A stretch of 64,000 nucleotides of DNA from a candidate division CPR3 bacterium GWF2_35_18 (GTDB lineage: Bacteria > Patescibacteriota > CPR3 > GWF2-35-18): NCBI GenBank assembly GCA_001771135.1, contig MESW01000003.1, positions 235,786-299,785 on the forward strand. Reading direction: 5' to 3'. Below the pieces are notes generated by a model that was not told where the DNA came from, did not search any database, and was given only the letters and a program-made list of their open reading frames with translations. A program made the position numbers and the translations under genes. Position 1 is the first letter of the stretch. Each line of letters begins with the position of its first letter. Of this stretch, positions 36,143 to 44,681 are shown piece after piece.

Positions 36143-37339
36143 TTACTGTAGATGCCAATATAGAGTCATCAGACTTTCAGTGTGATAAATAAGCGCACCC
36201 TTACCACCATATTGATCAATAGTATAGTGAATGTTACCTGCGTCTGCCGCCAAAATTGGCGAACCATAATCCCAATACATATCAATTCCATTGTGAAAAT
36301 TATCCGAGTAAAATCCTGAAGACATCGAGAAATCAGTTACCCCATACCATTGCGAAATATAATGCGGTTCTAAAGGCCAAGATAAAATCCCTGAATCAAG
36401 ATAGGGTTTGGGATCAGTATGACACCAAGAAGAACCACATTTACTATATACTCCAAAGTGTAGGTGATCACCAGTAGCAAGTCCTGTCGAGCCTTGAATA
36501 CCAATCACATCACCTTTATTTACAAATTGACCTTCGCCAACCGAACCAGATACAATTTGAGTTATGATTGAAGAGATCGCATATTGAATCGCGTTTTGCT
36601 CAGCTTGAGCCTCAGCAAGAAGCTGTTGGTACTGACTCTCATCATTACTGGTAATATCAAGCAAATACTGTTTAGACTCTTTTTGTTTAGCCAGACTAAT
36701 TTTTTCCGCTTCCAGCTGTTCGTTTGCAAGTATTAGCTCTTGTTTCAACCTTTCTGCTTCGTCTTTTTTAGTTTGTAAATTAATTATCTGGGCATTATAG
36801 TCACCTTGAGTTGCCTGCATCTGCGACATCAACCGTCGATCTTGTTCCTGAACTGTTTTTAAATATTGATAACGATAAACCAAATCCTGTAAATCATCTT
36901 TTCCTTGAAAAACAATTGAAAGTCCACCACCGATTTGGCTTTTTTTGTATGATGAACGGATTCGTGATTGCAGAACGACACCCAGTTTATTGATAAATTC
37001 TTTGATTCTCTGCAGCTTGGTATTGATCTTCTCCATATCAAGAACCAGCTGTGAAAGCTCGGCTTCTTTTCCGGCGACCTGTTCTTTTTGGATCTGAATT
37101 TCCAGCTGCGTCAGCTGTACCTGACTTTCAAGATAAGCAACTTGATTGGCTAGTGACCGGCTTTGATTCTGCAGATCTTCAATCTGACGCCGTAACTCTT
37201 CCTGTTTCTGCTCATTTTCCGTTAACTTACTCTTTTCCTGATTCAAAGTATCGTTAAGCTCATCAGCTGTTACTGAAAAAATATTTCCGGTTAAAAAAAG
37301 TAGCGCGAGAAAAATTGTGAGCAGTTTTCTAAATTTCAT
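36143..37339 (-). CDS. M23/LytM-family peptidase with an N-terminal coiled coil (EnvC/PcsB-like FtsEX-associated hydrolase or activator)
   Basis: Signal peptide, long coiled coil, and a C-terminal M23 domain (GDHLHFGVY motif, HxH). Lies downstream of ftsE-ftsX. Confidence 0.8.
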   Translation of the reverse strand: MKFRKLLTIFLALLFLTGNIFSVTADELNDTLNQEKSKLTENEQKQEELRRQIEDLQNQSRSLANQVAYLESQVQLTQLEIQIQKEQVAGKEAELSQLVLDMEKINTKLQRIKEFINKLGVVLQSRIRSSYKKSQIGGGLSIVFQGKDDLQDLVYRYQYLKTVQEQDRRLMSQMQATQGDYNAQIINLQTKKDEAERLKQELILANEQLEAEKISLAKQKESKQYLLDITSNDESQYQQLLAEAQAEQNAIQYAISSIITQIVSGSVGEGQFVNKGDVIGIQGSTGLATGDHLHFGVYSKCGSSWCHTDPKPYLDSGILSWPLEPHYISQWYGVTDFSMSSGFYSDNFHNGIDMYWDYGSPILAADAGNIHYTIDQYGGKGALIYHTESLMTLYWHLQ

Positions 37340-37348
37340 AGGTTAAAA

Positions 37349-38239
37349 TTATTTACTAAGCCCTTTATAAATAGCTACCATACTTCCGGTAACTCCCATA
37401 AAAATTCCCAAAGCAACATCTCCCAAAAATAGCTTCAAAATTACGGTGTTGGGAATCGGAAAAAGCGGAATTCCAGCCATGAAATTGGAGACTGAAGGAG
37501 CAATATAAGGAAGAAGGAAATACACAAGCAACAAAGCTATGGTTCCCGAAATTACTCCATAACTCATTCCTTCAAGAAGAAAAGGCCATCTGATGTATGA
37601 GGATGATGCTCCCACGAGACGCATAATCTCAATCTCTTCACGACGACTGGCTATATTCGATCCGATTGTGATAATCACAATCAAAACTGATATCAACCCA
37701 AAGATCGCGACCAAAACCATTCCTCCCAATCTAATTGCGTTAGTCCATTGTTGTAGAGTAGCCACAACATCTTGTTGAAAATAAACATCTTCAACAAGTA
37801 ATTCTTCTTCCAAAAGACTGGCAAGATGTCCCAAATAAACAATATCGGTAGCTGATATTTCCAGTGAAGCTGGTAAGATCTTGGCACTAACCATCTCCAA
37901 TAAAATCGGCTCATCTTTATTTTGCTCTTTATATCGAGCTAGGGCTTCTTCTTTTGACACGTATTGAATTTCTTTAACTTCACCTGTTTCAAAGAGTTTT
38001 CCTTTGATTACATTTATATTATCAACGCTTGCTTCATCTTTAAAAAACGCAGTTACTTGTGGTTTGGCCTCAAAATGAGTCAAAACGACGTTCAAACCAA
38101 AGATCATCAGAATAAAAAAAGTGATCAAAATCAAAGTTAAGGACATTACAATTACGGCGGTAATTGAATGCGACATATTACGTAAAAAATGCTGTGCGGT
38201 GGTTTTGATAATCCTTACTGGTGTTGTAAATAGTGACAT
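37349..38239 (-). CDS. ftsX: Cell-division permease FtsX
   Basis: Four-TM topology with a large periplasmic loop, directly after ftsE. Confidence 0.85.
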   Translation of the reverse strand: MSLFTTPVRIIKTTAQHFLRNMSHSITAVIVMSLTLILITFFILMIFGLNVVLTHFEAKPQVTAFFKDEASVDNINVIKGKLFETGEVKEIQYVSKEEALARYKEQNKDEPILLEMVSAKILPASLEISATDIVYLGHLASLLEEELLVEDVYFQQDVVATLQQWTNAIRLGGMVLVAIFGLISVLIVIITIGSNIASRREEIEIMRLVGASSSYIRWPFLLEGMSYGVISGTIALLLVYFLLPYIAPSVSNFMAGIPLFPIPNTVILKLFLGDVALGIFMGVTGSMVAIYKGLSK

Positions 38240-38245
38240 AATAGC

Positions 38246-38929
38246 TTATTCCTCCACATACTTTCCTTTTGCTACATCACGAACAACCTGACCGTGGTCT
38301 AGGGACAAAACCCTTTTCTGCAAAGCGTTTACAATATCCTGATTGTGCGTTGCCATCAGTACGGTTGTTCCCCAAGAATTAATTTGGTTTAGAAGCTGAA
38401 TAATTTCCCAAGCATTCGTTTGGTCTAGATTTCCTGTCGGTTCATCGGCAATTAAAATCTTTGGTTCATGTACCAAAGCTCTAGCAATTGCAGTCCGCTG
38501 ACTCTCACCACCTGATAGCTGATGTGGAAAAGAATCTCTCTTATCCTGAAGTCCAACCAGCTTTAACATATATGGAACAACTTTTTGAATCTCCCCATTA
38601 GTCTTACCGGATACCTCCATTGCAAAAGCCACATTTTCAAAAACGGTTTTTTTCGGTAGCAGTTTAAAATCCTGGTAAACAACGCCCACTTTTCGTCTCA
38701 AAGCAGGTAGTTTCCGAGAAGGTAAATGCGCAATATTTGCTCCGTCAACAAATACTTTACCAGATGTCGGTCTGTCTTCACGATTCATCATTCGAAGTAA
38801 GCTGGTTTTTCCTGCTCCTGATGGTCCAACAATAAAAACAAATTCGCCTTTATCTATTTCAAAATTGATATCCTTTAAGGCGACACTTATCTTGGTAAAA
38901 CGACGGGATACGTTATCAAACTTAATCAT
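38246..38929 (-). CDS. ftsE: Cell-division ABC ATPase FtsE
   Basis: Walker A GPSGAGKTS, ABC signature LSGGESQR, Walker B ILIADEPT. Confidence 0.9.
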   Translation of the reverse strand: MIKFDNVSRRFTKISVALKDINFEIDKGEFVFIVGPSGAGKTSLLRMMNREDRPTSGKVFVDGANIAHLPSRKLPALRRKVGVVYQDFKLLPKKTVFENVAFAMEVSGKTNGEIQKVVPYMLKLVGLQDKRDSFPHQLSGGESQRTAIARALVHEPKILIADEPTGNLDQTNAWEIIQLLNQINSWGTTVLMATHNQDIVNALQKRVLSLDHGQVVRDVAKGKYVEE

Positions 38930-39139
38930 AATAGCAGTTATTTATAAAATACCACAGACTTCCGTCTATGATATTTTGTAATTTTCGCTTTGTGAGTGAT
39001 TTTGGCTTATTTCCATAAGTTTATATTTATGGTTTAGGCTCAAATTATAAAAAGCAATTTCTCCTCCTTCCAGGATAGCAAAAGATACAATAAAGTCAAA
39101 TCTAAAAAATTAACTACTCCTAAAGATCATCTTATTGAT

Positions 39140-40243
39140 TTAACTCCTGAATTTCTTCATTGCGGCCTCGATAAAACTATCAAGTTCACCATCTAAAACT
39201 ACTTCTGGTCGAGGAGATTCATATTGAGTACGAAGGTCTTTGACCATTTTATAAGGATGTAAAACATAAGATCTTATTTGATTTCCCCAAGAAGCTTGGA
39301 TGTGTTCTCCTTTAAGTTCTTTCTTTTTTTCAGCTAATTTCTCTTCTTCTAATATTATAATCTTCGACCTTAACATCTTCATGGCTCGTTCTCGATTCTG
39401 GGCTTGAGAACGTTCTACCTGACAGGTAACGATAATTCCCGTTGGTTTGTGTTTTATTCGCACGGCCGTAGAAACCTTCTGGATATTTTGTCCTCCATGA
39501 CCTGAAGACCTATAAGCTTCAAACTCTAAGTCATCCTCTTTTATTTCAATATCAGAATCTTCCTCTATAAGGGGAATTACTTCCACGCCAGCAAAAGAAG
39601 TCTGTCGTAAATTGTTGGCATTATAAGGAGAAAGTCGTACCAACCTATGAGTTCCCACTTCATGTTTCAAATATCCATAGGCAAATATTCCAAAAATCTC
39701 AAAGGTAACCGATTTTATTCCTACTTCTTCACCTTTTACTTTATCTATCTCTTCCACTTTCCAACCTTTACCTTCAGCATATCGAGTGTACATCCGCGAA
39801 ATCATCTCCGCCCAATCACAAGCCTCTGTTCCTCCTTGACCGGCATAAATAGTCAGGACAACATCAGAACGATCATACTTATCACTCAAAAATAAAGTTA
39901 TTTCTAAATTATCGATCTCTTTATTGATTTCACTTATCTCTTTATTGAGATCTTCAATAGTATGGCTTTTATCATGCGTAGTATCTTCTTCCAAAAGCTC
40001 CATCATGGCAAATCCGTCTTCAATCCGTTTTTGAAGTTCGTTAACCTTCTTTGCCTCAACCTCAATCTCAGAAATCTCCTGAGTCACTTTCTCCGCTTTT
40101 TCTCGATTTGACCAGAAATCCGGTTTAATTGCCAAAGCTTCTAGCTCACGCTTTCTTGTTTGCTTTCCGGCTAAATTAAGCTGTAGAAGTAAATCATCTA
40201 ACCTTTTTTTTAGATTTCGTAATTGAATTTTGATCTCATCCAT
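39140..40243 (-). CDS. prfB: Peptide chain release factor 2
   Basis: GGQ motif RSSGHGGQNIQKVSTAVRIKH. RF2-type SP(Y/F) tripeptide region RLSPYNANNLRQTSFAGVEV. A single continuous frame with no programmed frameshift. Confidence 0.85.
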   Translation of the reverse strand: MDEIKIQLRNLKKRLDDLLLQLNLAGKQTRKRELEALAIKPDFWSNREKAEKVTQEISEIEVEAKKVNELQKRIEDGFAMMELLEEDTTHDKSHTIEDLNKEISEINKEIDNLEITLFLSDKYDRSDVVLTIYAGQGGTEACDWAEMISRMYTRYAEGKGWKVEEIDKVKGEEVGIKSVTFEIFGIFAYGYLKHEVGTHRLVRLSPYNANNLRQTSFAGVEVIPLIEEDSDIEIKEDDLEFEAYRSSGHGGQNIQKVSTAVRIKHKPTGIIVTCQVERSQAQNRERAMKMLRSKIIILEEEKLAEKKKELKGEHIQASWGNQIRSYVLHPYKMVKDLRTQYESPRPEVVLDGELDSFIEAAMKKFRS

Positions 40244-40414
40244 AAAAACCTCACAAATTTAAGCTCTTTCCTAAAATTCCTTGACAAATCTACAAACATA
40301 CTATAGGATAAAAAGGTTTTAAAGTTATTTTAATGGTATTCATTGACAATTATCTCTGCTCAATAATATCATTAAAAGGAAGTTATTAAAAACTTTTTAT
40401 TAAAAGGAGATATT

Positions 40415-42868
40415 ATGGGTACTCCCATTTCAGCAGAAACATCAGCGGCATCAGCACAAAGATTGCAAAAAGAAGCAATACAAGGAATGCAAGGATCAGA
40501 AGCTATTTACGGTGGCAAGGGCGGAAGAATAACTGTTACGAGCGAGCAGTCAGGAAAAATAATGGGTGTCTTACAGGCAATGAGAAACGAGCTGGTCGCA
40601 AAGAGACCTGAAGATCTAACAATTGCCGAACAACAAATTTTAGCACTTATAAATAAAATCGGAGAAAATGGTCAAGTTGATGGAAAAGAAGCTTGTCAAG
40701 CGTTGTTACTCCTTCAAGCTCGTAGAAATGCAATAGAAAATGGGCCTCGAGGACGGACAAGACAAGAAAAACAAACTACTAAAAAAAGATTAAACGCCGT
40801 TACCTCTGCTCAAAGGGAAATTGCGGTAAATATCATTCCTGCTGAAGTAGGAGTAAATAGATTTGATAGATGGGTAGCAAGAAGATACACTGAAGGGAAA
40901 ATGGACGCTAAGTTTCTTGCTGGAAATATCGATGCCGATAGAATGGTAGATAGACATCCAATTATCCAAAAATATGAAGATTTAATTACTGATAAGATTG
41001 CAAGTGGAATGAATCCTCGAGAAGCTTCAGACTCAGCCATGTCCGAAGCAATTCAATATTATGGAGATAATGAAGTAGATAAACTAATGCAACAGATTGA
41101 AGCTGAAAATCGTGTAGAAATGACCGAAAATCAGAGGAGAGAAGCACATGCAAGTAGAGAACAGATACAAGAACAATTAGAGCAAGGTCGAGAAGATTAT
41201 GAAGAACGTAAAGGGAGAGTGTCTGTCTTAAAAAAGAATCGAACTGAACTTGTAACACAAAAACAAAAACTTGAAGATGACCTCGACGATCTTGACTCTC
41301 AAATTGCCTTACTTCCGAATACTGATATCCCAGCTTTAGAACAAGCTCTTGAACAAGCAAGAGATAATGTTTCTGATAATGAACGAGATATACAAACAAC
41401 ACAGATTGAAATAGATATCTTACGGAAAAAAATAGAATCTGCAAAATCCGCCGCTGAAAAGCCTGCAGATACATCAGCTATCGAAACTCAAATTCAAGAC
41501 CTTGTGCACCAAAAAGGTGAAGCGGAAAAAAATGCCTCTACAGCTAACGCTTCTGAATCTCAAGAAAAAACCACGATTACAAATGCGAGACGCGACGCTA
41601 AAAAATATTCTGAGGAAGCCGCTGACAAAAAGAGCAGGCTGGCAGCAAAATCTACTGAGACCGCTCAAACAGTCCGAACTCATGAAGCTATGAAAAGAAG
41701 TAAAATGGCCGAAATGGCAACTATAACTGATCCGGAATTACCAACTAAACAATCAGAACTTCAGGGAAAGAGACAACAAATTTTGGAAGTTGGAAATAAT
41801 ATGCAGCAGCTAGCTGATACTCATTCTCAGGAAGTTAACGAATTATTAGAACAAGTGAATAATGAAAAGGATCCGGATAAAAAGCAAGAGCTTTTAACAC
41901 AAATACAAGAGAAACAAACGGCTTTCAAACAGCAAACAGAACAACTTAGTGAACAAGGGGAGACATTAAAAAATGAAATTGATGAGCTTGAAAATGATAT
42001 TGAAAGTCGAGAACAAGCTGTTAAATCAAGAAAAGACCTTATTAAGACAGACATTGATGCAGCAGATCAAGCAATTGATCAAGCTAATCAAGGACTTGAA
42101 GATTATAAAACAAGCATTGAGGATCTAGAACAAAAAGCGCAAGCTGAATTACAAAAAGCTGATGAGGCACAAAGAAGAATTGATAGTAACAAAATCACTA
42201 GTGCGGAACAAAACGCTGTCGCCAAACAACTTGGCGAACAAATTGCATTATTGAACCAAAAACTTAAAGAGCTGCAAAAACAAAGAGGTTCGCTAACTAA
42301 AGCAGAAGTGGACGGTTTTATTGATCAAGAAGAAACTCTTCGTAAAAAAGTCGAAACATTAAAAATACAAAAAGCAAGAAATGAACAGATCATTGGACAA
42401 AAACAAGAAGCTCTTAGACAAGGCCAAGAAGCCAAAACGAAAAAAGATAAAATGATAAAAGAGCGTGATGACAAAAAACGTGATTATGATAAAACTGACA
42501 AACAAATTACTAGAATAGATACGGAGATTGCAAATCATAAAACTGAAACCGATAAGTATGAAGATATTCAAAAACAGCTTGCGGGTGTGGAAAAACGGGT
42601 TCAATCCGCCGAAAGAGCTTCTACAGAAGCCAAAAAACTCCTTGAGGCAAAAACAACTAAAAAAGCTGATATTGAAAGACATTTCGGGTTTAAACCAGGT
42701 GATATTTCAGATCAAGAATACATCGACGCGGTTAACGCAGTTTTCCCAGATCAGGCGGCAACAATTGGTAATGATTTAGGAAGAGCTCAGAGACAGATGG
42801 AATCCTCAAACGAATTATCCCTCTGGAAAGTATTAATGAGAATTTTTGCCGGAGCTACCGTCGTTTAA
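40415..42868 (+). CDS. Large coiled-coil protein (817 aa, E/K/Q-rich)
   Basis: Compositionally biased heptad-like sequence throughout. No catalytic motif was recognised. Confidence 0.55.
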   Translation: MGTPISAETSAASAQRLQKEAIQGMQGSEAIYGGKGGRITVTSEQSGKIMGVLQAMRNELVAKRPEDLTIAEQQILALINKIGENGQVDGKEACQALLLLQARRNAIENGPRGRTRQEKQTTKKRLNAVTSAQREIAVNIIPAEVGVNRFDRWVARRYTEGKMDAKFLAGNIDADRMVDRHPIIQKYEDLITDKIASGMNPREASDSAMSEAIQYYGDNEVDKLMQQIEAENRVEMTENQRREAHASREQIQEQLEQGREDYEERKGRVSVLKKNRTELVTQKQKLEDDLDDLDSQIALLPNTDIPALEQALEQARDNVSDNERDIQTTQIEIDILRKKIESAKSAAEKPADTSAIETQIQDLVHQKGEAEKNASTANASESQEKTTITNARRDAKKYSEEAADKKSRLAAKSTETAQTVRTHEAMKRSKMAEMATITDPELPTKQSELQGKRQQILEVGNNMQQLADTHSQEVNELLEQVNNEKDPDKKQELLTQIQEKQTAFKQQTEQLSEQGETLKNEIDELENDIESREQAVKSRKDLIKTDIDAADQAIDQANQGLEDYKTSIEDLEQKAQAELQKADEAQRRIDSNKITSAEQNAVAKQLGEQIALLNQKLKELQKQRGSLTKAEVDGFIDQEETLRKKVETLKIQKARNEQIIGQKQEALRQGQEAKTKKDKMIKERDDKKRDYDKTDKQITRIDTEIANHKTETDKYEDIQKQLAGVEKRVQSAERASTEAKKLLEAKTTKKADIERHFGFKPGDISDQEYIDAVNAVFPDQAATIGNDLGRAQRQMESSNELSLWKVLMRIFAGATVV

Positions 42869-42900
42869 ATTAATCACTGCATATTATAAAGGAGTTTATT

Positions 42901-43326
42901 ATGACCACTGCCAAATTATCACCTGAAGACCAGCACTTACTTAACCTAGTCAAACTGGCTCCCCTATCAGAAGATCGGCAACAAAAACTGGAATTACTCA
43001 TTCCAACAATGACTGATGCACAAAAGTATAAATTATTAAATATTGTTTCGACTCAACTTGTTATGCAAGTCGATCATGAGGCCAGCAAAGCTGTGAATAA
43101 AACTTTAGAAGAAGTGGCTACAAATCCCAATAAAGCTTATGACCCAAAACTTTTTACGGACGCAATAAATAAGGTCTGGAATGACTTTGTAGCTCAAAAG
43201 ACAACCGTTAATGATAGCTCGCAAATAAATGATGTTAGAGCTTCGTTACAAGCTTTACAAGATAAACTAAAAAAAATATCTAGCTACGCAGATGAAGCCC
43301 AAAAAGAGCTCACAAAGCATCTTTAA
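42901..43326 (+). CDS. Hypothetical protein (141 aa)
   Basis: ORF with an AAAGGAG RBS, co-directional with the coiled-coil gene. Confidence 0.45.
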   Translation: MTTAKLSPEDQHLLNLVKLAPLSEDRQQKLELLIPTMTDAQKYKLLNIVSTQLVMQVDHEASKAVNKTLEEVATNPNKAYDPKLFTDAINKVWNDFVAQKTTVNDSSQINDVRASLQALQDKLKKISSYADEAQKELTKHL

Positions 43327-43380
43327 ACTTCACTTCGTAGCGTCAACTAAATACTAGTTGAATATACGAAAATAAAAAAA

Positions 43381-43406
43381 CTCCCTTATTTTGAGGGAGT
43401 TTTTTG
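43381..43406 (+). terminator. Rho-independent terminator (CTCCCTta-tttt-gAGGGAG then TTTTTT). Flanking A-run, so possibly bidirectional.
   Basis: Read from the sequence, directly after gene 42901-43326. Confidence 0.65.
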
Positions 43407-43453
43407 TGGGTAAAAATGTTATCATTTAATTTGTGAATTAAAGGAGTCAAAAC

Positions 43454-43780
43454 ATGAAAGCAAAAACACTCAAAGAATATCAACAGATCCTAGATGAAAT
43501 TGACGGAGATGAAAAAGTAACCAAAGAGTATACTTCAATTCTCATCTTAGGTATTCTTGAAGAGCTCGGAGAAATGTCTCGAGCTTATTTAGCAGAACAA
43601 GGTCGTAAACCTCATAACATTAGAGCACAACAGGATGAAACATATAAAGAAGAGCTCGGAGATATTATTATCACCATCATGAGACTAGCCCATATCAAAA
43701 ATATAGACCTTGACGAACGCATTCACTATACGATTACCAAAATAAAAAGACGGAAGGAATCAAGAAAGAATGCAAAGTAA
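43454..43780 (+). CDS. MazG-like nucleotide pyrophosphohydrolase
   Basis: EELGEMSRAY...EELGDIIITIMRLA shows the MazG EExxE...E/D metal-binding helix pattern. 108 aa. Confidence 0.65.
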   Translation: MKAKTLKEYQQILDEIDGDEKVTKEYTSILILGILEELGEMSRAYLAEQGRKPHNIRAQQDETYKEELGDIIITIMRLAHIKNIDLDERIHYTITKIKRRKESRKNAK

Positions 43781-44681
43781 AAGAAAGCAACAATCTCTAG
43801 GGGTAACAGCGATCTTAATTTCCACCATTTTTTATGGACTTATGGGTGTTTATTCAAAAATTATCGGAGTTAACTTTGGTATATTTACTCAAAGTTATAT
43901 TCGTAATCTAATTGTATTTTTAATCATTTTCGTTTTATGTTTGGTTCTGCGTAAAAAGTGGGTAAAAATTCAGAAGCAAGATATCCCTTGGATTATTCTC
44001 TGGTCTATAAGCGGAACGATTGCATCAGTTTGTTTCTTTGTTGCTGTAAATTATTTATCAATTGGAACCACCGTTATTATTTTTTTTGCTGGGAGTAACA
44101 TCTCTGGATATTTAGCTGGAAAGGTTCTCTATCAAGAACAACTGACAAAAAGTAAGATTATCGCTTCAATTTTATCGATTCTCGGAGTTCTATTAGTTTA
44201 TTATTCTACAATCGGTCTAGATAATCTCGTTTTTTCAATTATGGCTTTATTCTCTGGACTTGGAACTGGGTTATGGAATACGGTGAGTAAAAAATTTTCC
44301 CACCATTATTCAGGTTTGCAAATTACGGGAATGGATGCTTTTGCCTCTTTCTTAATGACGCTGTTTGCTTCAATGATTGTCTTCGAACCGTTGCCGACAA
44401 TCTCTTTTACCATCCCGATGCTATTTGTATTCATCTACTCAATTACTCAAACGATCACCGTGTTCTTCACCGTTTACGGATTTAAAAGATTAGAAGCTCA
44501 AATTGGGACATTAGTGATGCCCATGGAAGTATTTTTTGCAGCTTTGTTCGGATTTATATTCTACAGAGAAACGTTGACCATTTTAACAATTTTGGGTGGA
44601 TTATTAATAATTAGCGGAATTGTGATTCCGAATTTACGATTTGCAAAAAAAATATCGATTGTAAATCAAGTCAAAAACTAA
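43770..44681 (+). CDS. EamA/DMT-family transporter (10 TM)
   Basis: Two EamA-like five-TM halves. Confidence 0.75.
   Translation: MQSKRKQQSLGVTAILISTIFYGLMGVYSKIIGVNFGIFTQSYIRNLIVFLIIFVLCLVLRKKWVKIQKQDIPWIILWSISGTIASVCFFVAVNYLSIGTTVIIFFAGSNISGYLAGKVLYQEQLTKSKIIASILSILGVLLVYYSTIGLDNLVFSIMALFSGLGTGLWNTVSKKFSHHYSGLQITGMDAFASFLMTLFASMIVFEPLPTISFTIPMLFVFIYSITQTITVFFTVYGFKRLEAQIGTLVMPMEVFFAALFGFIFYRETLTILTILGGLLIISGIVIPNLRFAKKISIVNQVKN

Noticed and set aside
39140-40243. Programmed +1 frameshift in prfB
   Set aside because: The RF2 reading frame runs continuously from the first Met, with no in-frame UGA or CUUUGAC site. This RF2 is not frameshift-regulated.
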